From an uncultured Clostridia bacterium (GTDB lineage: Bacteria; Bacillota; Clostridia; TANB77; CAG-508): 64,000 nucleotides of DNA. The notes beneath the pieces were generated by a model. The model worked only from the letters and a program-made list of their open reading frames with translations, did not search any database and had not been told where the DNA came from. Positions within the stretch are counted from its first letter, which is position 1. Every line of letters begins with the position of its first letter. The stretch covers positions 86,811 through 150,810 of the forward strand of contig CALWZW010000001.1 of the NCBI GenBank assembly GCA_944386135.1, written 5' to 3'. Position numbers and translations under genes: made by a program. This document shows positions 20,250 to 31,321 of the stretch, in pieces.

Positions 20250-20935
20250 TGTGGGCAATAATAAAAAAAGAAGTTAAAAGTTATTTTTTATCTCCAGTAG
20301 GATATGTATTTATAGGTTCATTTTTACTTATGTCTAGCTTCTTTTTCTACATGTATACATATACAAGTGGAAGCGTAGAGTATTCAAGCTTATTCTATTA
20401 CACAACTGAATTATTAACATTTACAATAGCACTTTTAACAATGGGAGCTTTTGCAGCAGAAAGAAAAAATGGAACAGAAACTTTACTTTTAACATCACCA
20501 AGAAGTATAACAAGTATAGTATTAGGAAAATTTTTAGCAGCATTAGTTGTAATTATAATCACAGAAGTATTTTCACTAATGTATTATGCAATACTTTGTT
20601 ACTTCGCAGGGGGAATTACAGGAGTAAGTGAAAGTATATCAACACTAATAGGATTTATTCTAATTGCAATGTCATATATAGCATTTGGATTATTTATATC
20701 AAGCCTAACAGAAAACCAAATAATTGCAGGAGTTGCAACAATAGTAGTATTAACTATAAGCTGGTTTTTACCAAATTTATCTGAAAGCTTGTATATACTA
20801 TCTCCAATAAACTTATTCCAAAAATACCCAGAAGGAATAATTGCAGCAAGAGAATCTATTACATTAATAACATTAACAATAATGTTCTTATTACTTACAA
20901 TAGTAGTAATGCAAAGAAGAAAGAATCTAAAATAG
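20249..20935 (+). CDS. ABC-2 family transporter permease
   Basis: Six predicted TM helices, start overlaps the ATPase stop (GldF-like). Confidence 0.75.
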   Translation: MWAIIKKEVKSYFLSPVGYVFIGSFLLMSSFFFYMYTYTSGSVEYSSLFYYTTELLTFTIALLTMGAFAAERKNGTETLLLTSPRSITSIVLGKFLAALVVIIITEVFSLMYYAILCYFAGGITGVSESISTLIGFILIAMSYIAFGLFISSLTENQIIAGVATIVVLTISWFLPNLSESLYILSPINLFQKYPEGIIAARESITLITLTIMFLLLTIVVMQRRKNLK

Positions 20936-20953
20936 AAGAGGTGAGAAAAGTAA

Positions 20954-22417
20954 GTGAAAAAGATTAAAAATATATTTGAAAGTATAAAATTAAAATGGTT
21001 AAGAGATACAGGTTTAACAATACTTCTTATAGCAATTATCATAGTTGCATTTGTTGGAATAAATATAGGAGTAGAAGCACTTAATTTAACAGATATAGAC
21101 TTAACCACAGAACAACTATATACATTGACAGATGAGTCAAAAGAAATAATAGCAAAAATACCAGCAGAAGACAAAATAGAAATTTATTTGTTTGATTATC
21201 CAGAAAATAGTAGTGTAGTCGATTTAGTAAAACAATATATGAAAGTAAGCGACAGTATAAGTATGGAAGTAACAACAACATCAGATAGAGCAGACATAGC
21301 TTCAAAATACAATGTATTAGATGGTTCTTATACTATATTAATAGTATCAGGAGATAAATACAAAATGTTCACAAATTATGACTTATATGTAGTTGACTAT
21401 AACACAAGGACTTCAACTGACATAACAGAACAAAGATTAACTAATTCAATAATTGCAGTTTCATCAATAGGAGAGACAACACCAATATATGTTTTAACAG
21501 GACATGATGAATATGGAATAGATACACACCTTACAACGCTAAAAACATATCTAGAACTTGAAAATTATGAATTAAAAGAATTAGATTTATTAGTAACAGA
21601 CAAAGTACCAGATGACTGCTCAGCATTAATAATAGCTACACCACAAAAAGACTTTACAGAACTTGAAGCAAATAAAATAAAAGATTATATAAATAATGGC
21701 GGAAACATCCTTTGGATGACTGAACCATTTTCAATGACAGAAGAATATCCAAACATACAATCAATATTAGATTTATATGGGGTAACAATTGACCAATCAG
21801 GAATAGCGATAGAACAAGATACATCTAGAATGGTAATGCAAAGTCCTGACTTAATAATACCAACAATAGAAAGCTCAGAACTTGCAGGAGAACTTACATC
21901 AGAAGGAACAGTATTATTGCTAGATGCATCAAGACTAAATTTTGTAGATGATGAGAAACTAGAAGAATTAGGAGTTACTAAAACAGACTTACTTACAACT
22001 TCAGATAGTGCATTCTTTAGACAAGATATGTCTATAACCACAATAACACCAGAAGAAGGAGAAACAGTTGGAAAGATGGTTGTAGGTGCTGAATTAGATA
22101 AAAAGATTAATGATGAGACAACATCAAAATTAGTGGTATATGCAAATAATTTATTTGCAACAGACTATCCAATTTCAGTAGCATCACAAACAGTTCCAGC
22201 AGTAAGTTTATATAATAACCTTGACTTAGTAATAAACTCAGTTTCATATATAGCTGAAAATGAAGATCAGATATCAATTAGAAAGAGCCAAGAAATTACA
22301 TTTTATACAGCAACAGAAGAACAAAATAGAGTAGTAATGGCAATAATATTTGGAGTACCAGTTCTAATTGTTATATTAGGAATAGTAGTATGGCAACTAA
22401 GAAGAAGAAAAAAATAA
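20954..22417 (+). CDS. GldG-like ABC-transporter-associated auxiliary protein
   Basis: N- and C-terminal TM anchors around a large extracytoplasmic domain; third gene of the ABC operon, GTG start. Confidence 0.65.
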   Translation: MKKIKNIFESIKLKWLRDTGLTILLIAIIIVAFVGINIGVEALNLTDIDLTTEQLYTLTDESKEIIAKIPAEDKIEIYLFDYPENSSVVDLVKQYMKVSDSISMEVTTTSDRADIASKYNVLDGSYTILIVSGDKYKMFTNYDLYVVDYNTRTSTDITEQRLTNSIIAVSSIGETTPIYVLTGHDEYGIDTHLTTLKTYLELENYELKELDLLVTDKVPDDCSALIIATPQKDFTELEANKIKDYINNGGNILWMTEPFSMTEEYPNIQSILDLYGVTIDQSGIAIEQDTSRMVMQSPDLIIPTIESSELAGELTSEGTVLLLDASRLNFVDDEKLEELGVTKTDLLTTSDSAFFRQDMSITTITPEEGETVGKMVVGAELDKKINDETTSKLVVYANNLFATDYPISVASQTVPAVSLYNNLDLVINSVSYIAENEDQISIRKSQEITFYTATEEQNRVVMAIIFGVPVLIVILGIVVWQLRRRKK

Positions 22418-22465
22418 ACATATAATAAAAAGCCCCTCATAAAATAATTATGAGGGGTTTATATT

Positions 22466-23479
22466 ATGAAGATTTTAAGCTGTGTATTTGTAATTATCGG
22501 AATAATAATAGGAGCAGGTTTTGCATCAGGAAAAGAAATATATACATTTTTTTTCATATATGGACCAAAAGGAATAATAGGACTTGTGGTTTCATCGGCA
22601 ATATTAGGATATATAATTTATAAAACACTAAAAATAATAAAAAAATACGATATAAGTTCATACGACGAACTATTAAAAAAGATTATTACAAAAAAGCAAA
22701 GAAAAAATATCGATATAGAATTAATACTAAATTTTATAATTAATCTATTTTTACTTATTACATTTTTTATAATGTGTGCAGGATTCACAGCATATTTCAA
22801 ACAAGAATTTCAGATAAACGAAATATATTCAAGTATAGCTATGGCAATAATCTCATATATAATTTTAAACAAAAATATTAAGGGCATATTCCTGTTAAAT
22901 TCAATATTAATGCCATTAATAATTATTATTTTAAGCATATTAGGATTAAAAAGTATCGGAATAACAGGAAATTTCGGAACAACAATAAACAATAATATGT
23001 GGCTACCTAAAGCAATACTCTATGCAAGCTACAACTCTATTACACTTGTTTCTTTATTAATCCCAATAAAAAAATATATTGAAAATAAAAAAGATATATT
23101 AAAAATTGCAAGTATTAGTACAGTAATAATAATTATACTTGCAATGATAATAGTATTACTTTTACTAAAAATAAATATCAATATTAGTAAAATAGAACTT
23201 CCAGCAGTGTACTCAAGCGGGCTTTTTGGAAAAGGATATCAGTATTTATATGGAATAATAATATTAGGAGCAATAATGACAACATCTATATCATCCGCTT
23301 TTGGATTCTTAAATAATATAACAAAAGATGAAAAAAGGTATAAATTAATTAATAAAATGATTTGTATTGCTTCAATTTTTATATCTTTATTTGGATTTTC
23401 AAATTTAGTAAATAATATATACCCGATATTTGGAGTTCTAGGATTAGTACAATTAATTTTAATTATAAAATGCAAATAA
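22466..23479 (+). CDS. Polytopic membrane protein, YkvI / amino-acid-permease-like family
   Basis: ~10 TM helices, GAGFASGKE motif near the N-terminus. Confidence 0.5.
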   Translation: MKILSCVFVIIGIIIGAGFASGKEIYTFFFIYGPKGIIGLVVSSAILGYIIYKTLKIIKKYDISSYDELLKKIITKKQRKNIDIELILNFIINLFLLITFFIMCAGFTAYFKQEFQINEIYSSIAMAIISYIILNKNIKGIFLLNSILMPLIIIILSILGLKSIGITGNFGTTINNNMWLPKAILYASYNSITLVSLLIPIKKYIENKKDILKIASISTVIIIILAMIIVLLLLKININISKIELPAVYSSGLFGKGYQYLYGIIILGAIMTTSISSAFGFLNNITKDEKRYKLINKMICIASIFISLFGFSNLVNNIYPIFGVLGLVQLILIIKCK

Positions 23480-23543
23480 CTTGTAATAATTGATAAAATA
23501 TTATAAAATACAGGAGTAGAATAGTATAAAGAAAGGGTTACTT

Positions 23544-24714
23544 ATGAAAATTTTGAAGTTCAAAGGAAAAATGTCATTAAAAAATAAAATATTAATAGTC
23601 ATTGCAATATTAATAGTTATCGCAGGAATTAGCGTAGGTGTAATATATGCAGTAAACGAAGAAGCAAGAAACTGGATAAATATAAACATATTAAGAAAAG
23701 AAATAACAGAAGAAGATGTGGCAACAATACAGCTTGATGTGGATAAAACACAATACATATATGCCTATGATAAATATATAACTATACTTTGCAATGGAAA
23801 ATTAGAGATGTACAATGGATATGGATCAAAAGATTATGAATTAGATGTAAATGTAAGTAATCCAATATTTGATACAAGTGGTTCATATCTTCTAATAGCA
23901 GAAAATAGCGGACAAAACGTATATTTAATATCTGAACGGAAAAATAGTGTGGCAAAATAAAGTAGAAGGAAATATAAAAAAAATAAATGTAAATAAAAAC
24001 GGCATTGTATCAATAATAACAGAAGGAACAAGCTATAAAAGCGTAATAATTACATTTGATAAAAACGGAAAAGAACTATTTAAAACATATTTAGCATCAA
24101 CAATTGCTGTCGCATCAGATATATCAGTAGATGGAAAATATCTAGCAATAGCAGAAGTAAGTATTGGAGGAGCGGTAGTAGAATCAAGTATAAAAGTTAT
24201 AGAAATTGAAAAAGCCACACAGGGAGATACAACAAATTCTGTCATATATAAATATAACGCTGACTCTAATAAAATAATAACAGATATCAAATATCAAGAA
24301 AAAGGACAACTAGTATGTATGTATGATAATGAAATACATATTGTTGACCAAGGAACAGATAATAAAGTACTAGAATTTGACCAAAATACACAAATTGCAG
24401 ATATAAACTTAAAAAGTTATACATTAAGAGCAGAAGAAATATCAACAGGATTATTTAGTGCTAAAACAGATATTATACTAACAAATATATTAACAAATGC
24501 AGAGACAACCTATACAATAGAAAGTGCAATAAGAAATGTAGTTTGTTATGAAGAGGTAGCAGCAATAAATTTAGGAACAGAAGTACATCTAATAAACTTA
24601 AATGGATGGCTTGAAAAGAAATATACATCAACACAAGAAACAAAAGATATAGTACTAGGAAATTCTGTTGCTGGAATTGTTTATAGGGATAGGATTAAGA
24701 TTATTACTTTTTAG
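23544..24714 (+). CDS. Hypothetical membrane-anchored protein (~389 aa), broken by a +1 frameshift at 23937 (gaaCGGAaaa)
   Basis: N-terminal TM; ORFs 23544-23960 and 23947-24714 join as ...YLISEGKIVWQNKVEGN... when C23937 is skipped. Confidence 0.55.
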
Positions 24715-24751
24715 AACTGATTTGTGCCTTGAGGAAGGAATGTGATTAAAA

Positions 24752-25413
24752 ATGATTGCAGATATTGTAGTTATAGCAATAATGCTACTTTGTGTATTCT
24801 TAGGATATCAAAAAGGACTAATTGGAGTTGCAGTAAAAATATTGGGATTTATTGCGGCATTAATTATTGCTTTGATATTATATACGCCTGTTTCAAATTA
24901 CATAATAAATAATACAAATATTGTAACTAATATACAAGAAGCGATAGAAGGCAAAATAAATAGTGAAGAGAAAAATAGCAAAGAGAATATAATTCAAACA
25001 GAAAATATGATAGAACAAGAAAATTTAACAAAAGAAATGGAAAAATACGTAGAAAACTATACAAATGAAATAAAAGAAGAAGGAACAAAATATATATCAT
25101 CAGGAATAGCAGTAGCCATTGTAAGAGTACGGAACATGGATAGGATTATTTATAATTGCAAGAATAATAATGATATTTATAAAAATATTTGCAAGCATAA
25201 TAGAAAAAATACCAATAATAAAACAATTTAACAAAGCACGGAGGAATAATATATGGAATATTAGAAGGATTCATAATAATTTATGTAATACTTGCAATAA
25301 TCAATTTATCAGAACCAATGATAGGAGAAAATCAAGTGATAAAAACAATTGGCGAATCATATATATGTAAGACGATGTATGAAAATAATATAATAATAAA
25401 GATGATATTGTGA
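24752..25413 (+). CDS. cvpA: CvpA-family (colicin V production) membrane protein, two +1 frameshifts at 25130 (gtaCGGAaca) and 25239 (gcaCGGAgga)
   Basis: MIADIVVIAIMLLCVFLGYQKGLIG...; corrected reading gives ...AIVRVGTWIGLFIIARIIMIFIKIFASIIEKIPIIKQFNKAGGIIYGILEGFIIIYVILAIINL... Confidence 0.65.
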
Positions 25414-25415
25414 TT

Positions 25416-25650
25416 GTGTCAAAGGGACGAACCAACAAACGACACAATTTTCGCCTACCTTTTGGAGTAATATTTCTAATTTTATTGTTCCTTGCTGGCC
25501 TCGCCACTCACCTATGGTCATTTCCACTCGGGGAGCCTCACTGCGCGTCACTTCAAAAATTAGAAATATTACTCCAAAACGGCTAAATATAGTATTATCA
25601 TTTTTCTATATTTGTGTCGTTTGTTGGTTCGTCCCTTTGACACAATCCAA
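25416..25650. repeat. Nested palindromic GC-rich element (MITE-like, family 1)
   Basis: 31-nt outer IR gtgtcaaagggacgaaccaacaaacgacaca / tgtgtcgtttgttggttcgtccctttgacac, inner IR ttttggagtaatatttctaatttt / aaaattagaaatattactccaaaa around a ~70-nt GC-rich core; core ~85% identical to 60286-60400 in the opposite orientation. Confidence 0.7.
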
Positions 25651-25700
25651 AAAAGGAACTATTAAATTTTAAATAGTTCCCTTTATTTTACTTAATTTCT

Positions 25701-26853
25701 CTATTTCCTATGTTTTGGTTTCTTTTTCCCGCCAAATTTATAACGATTTTTTTTCTTTTTCTTACAATTTCTAAAAATAAATAATAAAGCAAGTAAAATA
25801 GCAATAACTGCAATTATTTTAGATAAACCACGTAGAAAATTATAATCAGTACTATTTTCTTCAGAATTAGCTTGAGCTGCTTCAGCAGAAGCTAACTCTG
25901 CTAATTTTTTTTCTTTTTCCTGTTGCAAATTTTTATAGTATGCTGTATAATTATCAAAAGCAAAATCAAATAATGTTTTACAATCTATATATTTTTCTCT
26001 AAGTACACCATCTATGTACCCAGCTCCCAAAACAACAATAATAAATTCAACATCATCTTTTTTTGCACTTGCAACTAAACAATCTTTTGAAGGATTGGTA
26101 TATCCAGTTTTTATTCCAGTTGCATACTCATAATAGTAATTCTTAAAGCTAGGATTTAGAAGAGAATTAGAAAGAGTAAAAGTTCTATCTTCTTTTGGGT
26201 AAGCATCTGTACTTGGAAGCGTATAAGAAGTAGTTGTAACAATCTTTCTAAAAGTATCTATATTCATAGCATATCTTGCAATCAAAGACAAATCATAAGC
26301 GGTAGTATAATGATTTTCATCATGAACTCCACTAGGATTCATAAAATGAGAATTTTTACAACCAATTTCTGCAGCCTTTTCATTCATTAAATCAGCAAAA
26401 CCAGAAATCGATCCAGCAACATGTTCTGCAAGAACATTTGCAGCATCATTTGCAGAAGGAATTAGCATTGTGTATAATAAATCCTCAACGCGTAGCTTTT
26501 CTCCGAACCTGTATGTTAGAAGTTGTATAAGTTGCAGGAACAGCATTAAGAGCTGTAGAACTTACTGTCGCAATTTCATTCAAATCACAGCTTTCTAAAA
26601 CAATTATAGCCGAAAGTATTTTAGTAGTACTAGCAGGATACATTTTTTCATAAGCATTTTTCTCATATAAAATATCGCCAGTTTCTTTTTCAATCATCAA
26701 AATACAATCAGAATAAATTGTTAAGTCATTAATATCTGGTTGATTAACTTCAGATTCAACTTCAACAGTTGTATTTTCTAAAATCTGACTTGCAAAACAT
26801 ACATTGCTAAACATCATAGATAAAATTATAATACAAATAAAAAACTTTTTCAT
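25701..26853 (-). CDS. D-alanyl-D-alanine carboxypeptidase (serine-type, PBP5/DacB-like), +1 frameshift at + strand 26505 (sense gttCGGAgaa)
   Basis: Signal peptide, PASTTK (SxxK) active-site motif, SAND (SxN) motif; ORFs 26485-26853 and 25701-26546 join as ...TSNIQVGEKLRVEDLLYTMLIPSANDAANV. Confidence 0.8.
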
Positions 26854-26934
26854 AATATATTAATATATCATAGACTGTAAACAATAATCAAGATTTTGCT
26901 TAAAAAAAATAAAATTTAAAGGAGAGAAAATAAA

Positions 26935-27582
26935 ATGGAAATGTTAAATCAAAAACAAAAAACAATATTAATCATAATAATTGCAATTGCAGTGATCGTT
27001 ATAGGATATTATTATCTTAATAGTACTAAAGAAATATATAATTACAGTGAAGTAGAAAACATAGTAGAAGAAGATATAGAAAATGAAGTGGTAAAGGAAG
27101 AAATAGAAGAAGAGGATGAAGAAATTGTTGTACACGTAGCTGGAGCGGTAAAAAGAAATGGGATAGTCAAAGTTGCTCCAAATTCTAGAATAGATGATGT
27201 AATCGAAGCAGCAGGCGGAATTACTGAAAGAGCAGATTTATCAAATGTAAATCTTGCGTATATTGTATCTGACGGGCAGAAAATTTACATTCCAAGTCTT
27301 GATGAAAGGGATACAGAAAGCAAAATTAATACTATAATTACAGAAGGGGCGGGAATAGCTATAGTAGGTGAAAATGATGGACAAGGTGAAGATTTAGTAA
27401 ATATAAATAAAGCAAGTCTCACAGAACTTATAACTATTCCAGGAATAGGAGAAGCACTAGGTTCCAGAATTATAGAATATAGAACTACAGTTGGCAGTTT
27501 TAAAACTATAGAAGACATTAAAAATGTCTCAGGCATAGGAGATGCAAAATTTAATACAATGAAAAAATATATTACTGTTTAA
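26935..27582 (+). CDS. comEA: ComEA-like competence protein (SLBB plus helix-hairpin-helix DNA-binding domains)
   Basis: N-terminal TM, VVHVAGAVKRNGIVKV (SLBB), C-terminal INKASLTELITIPGIGEALGSRIIEYR...FKTIEDIKNVSGIGDAKF (HhH). Confidence 0.75.
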   Translation: MEMLNQKQKTILIIIIAIAVIVIGYYYLNSTKEIYNYSEVENIVEEDIENEVVKEEIEEEDEEIVVHVAGAVKRNGIVKVAPNSRIDDVIEAAGGITERADLSNVNLAYIVSDGQKIYIPSLDERDTESKINTIITEGAGIAIVGENDGQGEDLVNINKASLTELITIPGIGEALGSRIIEYRTTVGSFKTIEDIKNVSGIGDAKFNTMKKYITV

Positions 27583-28426
27583 TTGCATTGTATACATCAT
27601 CTATAATGTAATCAGGAGTAGAAGCACCAGCCATAATTCCAATATTTTCAAAAGTTTTAACAAAATCCAAATCCAAATCTTCTTTTGTTTGGATATGAAC
27701 GACATTTTTACAATTTTTGAGAGCAACTTCATATAATTTTTTTGTGTTAGAACTATTCTTTCCACCAATAATTATCATTAAATCAACTTTAGAAGACAGC
27801 TCCTCAGTCTCAAGCTGTCTAAGACTGGTAGCATTACAAATACTTTTTTCGATATGTATATTATAATCAGGAGCTAAAATATCTGAAATAATAGAAGTCA
27901 TTTCATCAAATAAACTTAAACTAAAGGTGGTTTGAGAAATAATCAATAAATCTTTTAAACCACTTGATTTAAAAGAAAGTATAGCATTATCAATATCTTC
28001 TTTAGACTCAAGTAAATAAGAATTATTTCCACAAAAACTAAAAGTTCCGATTGTTTCTGGGTGATTTTTTATTCCAAATAAAAAGATAAAATAATTATCT
28101 TTAGAAAAATCTTCTACTTGTTTATGAATTCTTAGAACTTTAGGACATGTCAAATCAACTAGCTTGATTTTTCTAATTTTTGCTGTTTCATAAATATTTT
28201 TACTAATTCCATGAGCACGAATAATAACTTTATTTTCGGCCTCATCAATAGAATCAATCACCCTAAGTCCTTTGCTTTCTAATGAATCAACAACTTGTTT
28301 ATTATGAATAAGTTCACCTAAACAATCAACAGTTCCATTAGTTTTATTTAGCTCCTCCTCAGTCTTATTTATAGTATATTTCACTCCAGCGCAGAAACCA
28401 CTATTCTTTCCAATAATAATATTCAT
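27572..28426 (-). CDS. ispH: 4-hydroxy-3-methylbut-2-enyl diphosphate reductase IspH/LytB
   Basis: GFCAGVKYTI...LGELIHN...DLTCPKV...ATSLRQ conserved Cys and motif layout of IspH. Confidence 0.85.
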   Translation of the reverse strand: MNIIIGKNSGFCAGVKYTINKTEEELNKTNGTVDCLGELIHNKQVVDSLESKGLRVIDSIDEAENKVIIRAHGISKNIYETAKIRKIKLVDLTCPKVLRIHKQVEDFSKDNYFIFLFGIKNHPETIGTFSFCGNNSYLLESKEDIDNAILSFKSSGLKDLLIISQTTFSLSLFDEMTSIISDILAPDYNIHIEKSICNATSLRQLETEELSSKVDLMIIIGGKNSSNTKKLYEVALKNCKNVVHIQTKEDLDLDFVKTFENIGIMAGASTPDYIIDDVYNAIKQ

Positions 28427-28577
28427 AAATATTTTCGACCTTTCTAAGTTAAAATCAATATAATTATAAGTTAACTAAAATATAGTTGTCAAGAATTAAA
28501 AGTTTAATGTTGATTTCAAGAAATAAAAATAGTATAATAAAAATATATCTAACTTTATGAAAAGGAGACGATGTTAC

Positions 28578-28793
28578 ATGGAAGAAAACAAAAAAGAAGT
28601 AAACCAAGAACGTGTAAAAATATATGATAAAGATATGTACATAAGCCAAGAAAAATTAAGAACTATAGTACTAATAATATTAGTATTTTTAATAGGATTT
28701 ATTGCAGGATATTTTTCAAGAGACGTAATAGGAGAAAATATAGAAAGTGCAAATTCTGCAAATGTTGCATATAGTATGGAAGGACAAAAATAA
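28578..28793 (+). CDS. Small single-TM protein (71 aa)
   Basis: RBS aaaggaga, hydrophobic IVLIILVFLIGFIAGYF segment, then a hairpin terminator. Confidence 0.35.
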   Translation: MEENKKEVNQERVKIYDKDMYISQEKLRTIVLIILVFLIGFIAGYFSRDVIGENIESANSANVAYSMEGQK

Positions 28794-29054
28794 AAAAGAG
28801 GTATGTTATTTTAATCACAAATTATTTTTAGTGTGAGCTACAATTTGCCAAAGGGCAAAAATCAAGCTTTTTGTTTGTGTGCAAAAATAATTAAGCATAA
28901 TACAATTCTTTAATATAAAATTTGGTAATAATAAACATAAAGATAGCATATAATAATAGTATAAAAAATAAAAATACAGAAGAAATCAACAAAAATTAAA
29001 AAAAATATTGACAAATAAGACAAAATAGATATATAATATAAGAGTTAGAGATAT

Positions 29055-29130
29055 CGCGGGGTGGAGCAGTTGGCAGCTCGTTGGGCTCATAACCCAAAGG
29101 TCGAAGGTTCGAGTCCTTCTCCCGCAACCA
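29055..29130 (+). tRNA. tRNA-fMet (initiator, anticodon CAT)
   Basis: C1-A72 mismatch, three G-C pairs in the anticodon stem (tgggctCATaaccca), T-loop ggttcgagtcc, CCA end; TTGACA-17-TATAAT promoter upstream, terminator downstream. Confidence 0.85.
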
Positions 29131-29292
29131 ATTTTGAGGCTTTAAGCCTCTTTTTTTTTGGCATAAAAAAGTATGTGTACTACAGGTACACATACAGGTA
29201 AACAATATAACACATCCCGAATGAGAGTACATTGTTTAATGTAACTATATAATAGCACATTTTTTAGTTCTGTCAAATAATTTTTATTTTTC

Positions 29293-30306
29293 CTAAATTT
29301 GCAAACTAAATTCACCATTATTTCTTTTTTCTTTATAAACTCTGTATAAAGTCTTAACAGGAGCTCTACTAGCATCAACATCCAATGTTAACATATAAAA
29401 TATAGCTTTATTATAATTATCTAGCTTGCTAGTCAAACTCTCACCATATTCTTTGATGATTTCTTCTAATAACTTATAATTTTCTTTATATTTTGTAAAT
29501 ACTTCATCTAAATCGAAGGCTGAAATTATGCTGTAAACCCATATCATATTTATCAAATAATTATAAGCATTATATTCTTCTATTTCAGGGTATTTACCTT
29601 TTAAATATAGATATTTATCATAAATTACTTCTAGATAATCTGTGTAAGTCTTATAATTCCTAACTCCAACAATACTGTCATCTCTTCTTAAATAATAGTA
29701 TTTAGGCTCTTCTAATAAAGTAACTTTATTAGCTCTTTCAAATAATAACAAAGTAGTTGCAATATCTTCAAAGTTCTTTCCAGTTGGAAATTCTAATCCA
29801 TCAAATAATTCTCTTTTAAATAACTTATTCCATGCATAACTTTGAATTTTTGAGTCAATCAACAATTCTTTCATAGCCTCTAACTTAGTCATATTTTCAA
29901 GCTCTTTAGAATCTCTTACACCAATTAATTTGTTGTTATATATTTCATAAAAAGAAACTATAGAAATATCAGAATTATTATCTTCCATTAAATCACATAA
30001 AGTTTCAAACATATCATCAGCAATATAATCATCACTGTCTACAAAACCTATATAATCTCCTTTTGCAATTTTCAAAGCAGAATTTCTAGCATCAGATAGT
30101 CCACCGTTTGGCTTATGAATAACCTTTATTCTATCATCTTTTTTTGCAAATTCATCACACATTTTTCCAGAAGAATCTGTAGAACCATCATCAACAAGCA
30201 TAATTTCTAAATTTTTATAAGTTTGATTAACTATACTGCTTACACACTTTTCTAAATATTTTTCTACGTTATAGACTGGAACTATAACACTTATTAATTT
30301 TGACAT
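29293..30306 (-). CDS. Family 2 glycosyltransferase
   Basis: SVIVPVYNVEKYLEKCVSSI...LVDDGSTD...VDSDD GT-A motifs. Confidence 0.8.
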   Translation of the reverse strand: MSKLISVIVPVYNVEKYLEKCVSSIVNQTYKNLEIMLVDDGSTDSSGKMCDEFAKKDDRIKVIHKPNGGLSDARNSALKIAKGDYIGFVDSDDYIADDMFETLCDLMEDNNSDISIVSFYEIYNNKLIGVRDSKELENMTKLEAMKELLIDSKIQSYAWNKLFKRELFDGLEFPTGKNFEDIATTLLLFERANKVTLLEEPKYYYLRRDDSIVGVRNYKTYTDYLEVIYDKYLYLKGKYPEIEEYNAYNYLINMIWVYSIISAFDLDEVFTKYKENYKLLEEIIKEYGESLTSKLDNYNKAIFYMLTLDVDASRAPVKTLYRVYKEKRNNGEFSLQI

Positions 30307-30527
30307 AATGTTCTCCTTTTAATTAAAAATATATTAAATTATATAATAATACAATAATAAATTCAAGATATAAAAGAAATATTTGACATAATTATTATTA
30401 GGAAAATAAAAGTAATATTGAATATTTTACATAATTATGATATACTTTACAAAGATTAAAATATGAATTTAAAATTACAAAATTCGCATAACTGTTTACT
30501 AGAATATGAAAATAATTGGAGGATAAA

Positions 30528-31247
30528 ATGCAACAATTACAACAAATACTAAGTTATATGAGAAAAGCAATAAATGATTATGACATGATACAAGACGGAG
30601 ATAAAATAGCAGTTGCATTCTCAGGAGGAAAAGACTCAACAGCAATGCTTATGGGATTTAAAAATTTACAAAGATTTTTTCCAAAAAAATTTGAACTTAT
30701 TGCAATAAGTATAGACCCAGGATTTGAATTCTTTGATAGAAGCATACTTGAAAAAACTTGTGAAGAATTAGATGTAAAATTATTCATAGAAGAAAGCCAT
30801 GCAAAAGAGATAGTATTTGATATAAGGAAAGAGAAAAATCCATGCTCATTATGCGCAAATATAAGAAGAGGAATATTAAATTCAGTAGTAAAAAGAGAAG
30901 GATGCAACAAAATAGCATTAGGACATAATGAAGATGATGTATTAGAAACATTTTTACTTAATCTTTTTTATGCAGGAAATATATCAACATTTGCACCAGT
31001 AAGTTATATGGATAGATCAAAAGTGACTCTAATAAGACCATTAATATATGCCCCAGAAAAAGATATAAAAAAGTTTATAAATAAAAACAATATAAAAATA
31101 ATGCCAAAGAATTGCCCAATGGACGGAGTATCAAAAAGAGAAGACATAAAAAAGCTTATACATAATTTAAGTTTAGATATACCAATGCTAAAAGCAAATC
31201 TTTATGGAGCGATAAAAAGAGGAAATATAAAAGGCTGGCATGAATAG
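30528..31247 (+). CDS. PP-loop ATPase, TtcA-like tRNA 2-thiocytidine synthetase family
   Basis: SGGKDS PP-loop, conserved Cys pairs (CSLCANIRRG; KNCPMDG); ATG 30528 after RBS ggagg. Confidence 0.7.
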   Translation: MQQLQQILSYMRKAINDYDMIQDGDKIAVAFSGGKDSTAMLMGFKNLQRFFPKKFELIAISIDPGFEFFDRSILEKTCEELDVKLFIEESHAKEIVFDIRKEKNPCSLCANIRRGILNSVVKREGCNKIALGHNEDDVLETFLLNLFYAGNISTFAPVSYMDRSKVTLIRPLIYAPEKDIKKFINKNNIKIMPKNCPMDGVSKREDIKKLIHNLSLDIPMLKANLYGAIKRGNIKGWHE

Positions 31248-31321
31248 ATTTGGTCATTTTAGATGCGTTCCCAACGGCAAAAAATAACTCCTAGAAAAAG
31301 TTCTAGGGGTTATTTTTTTAT

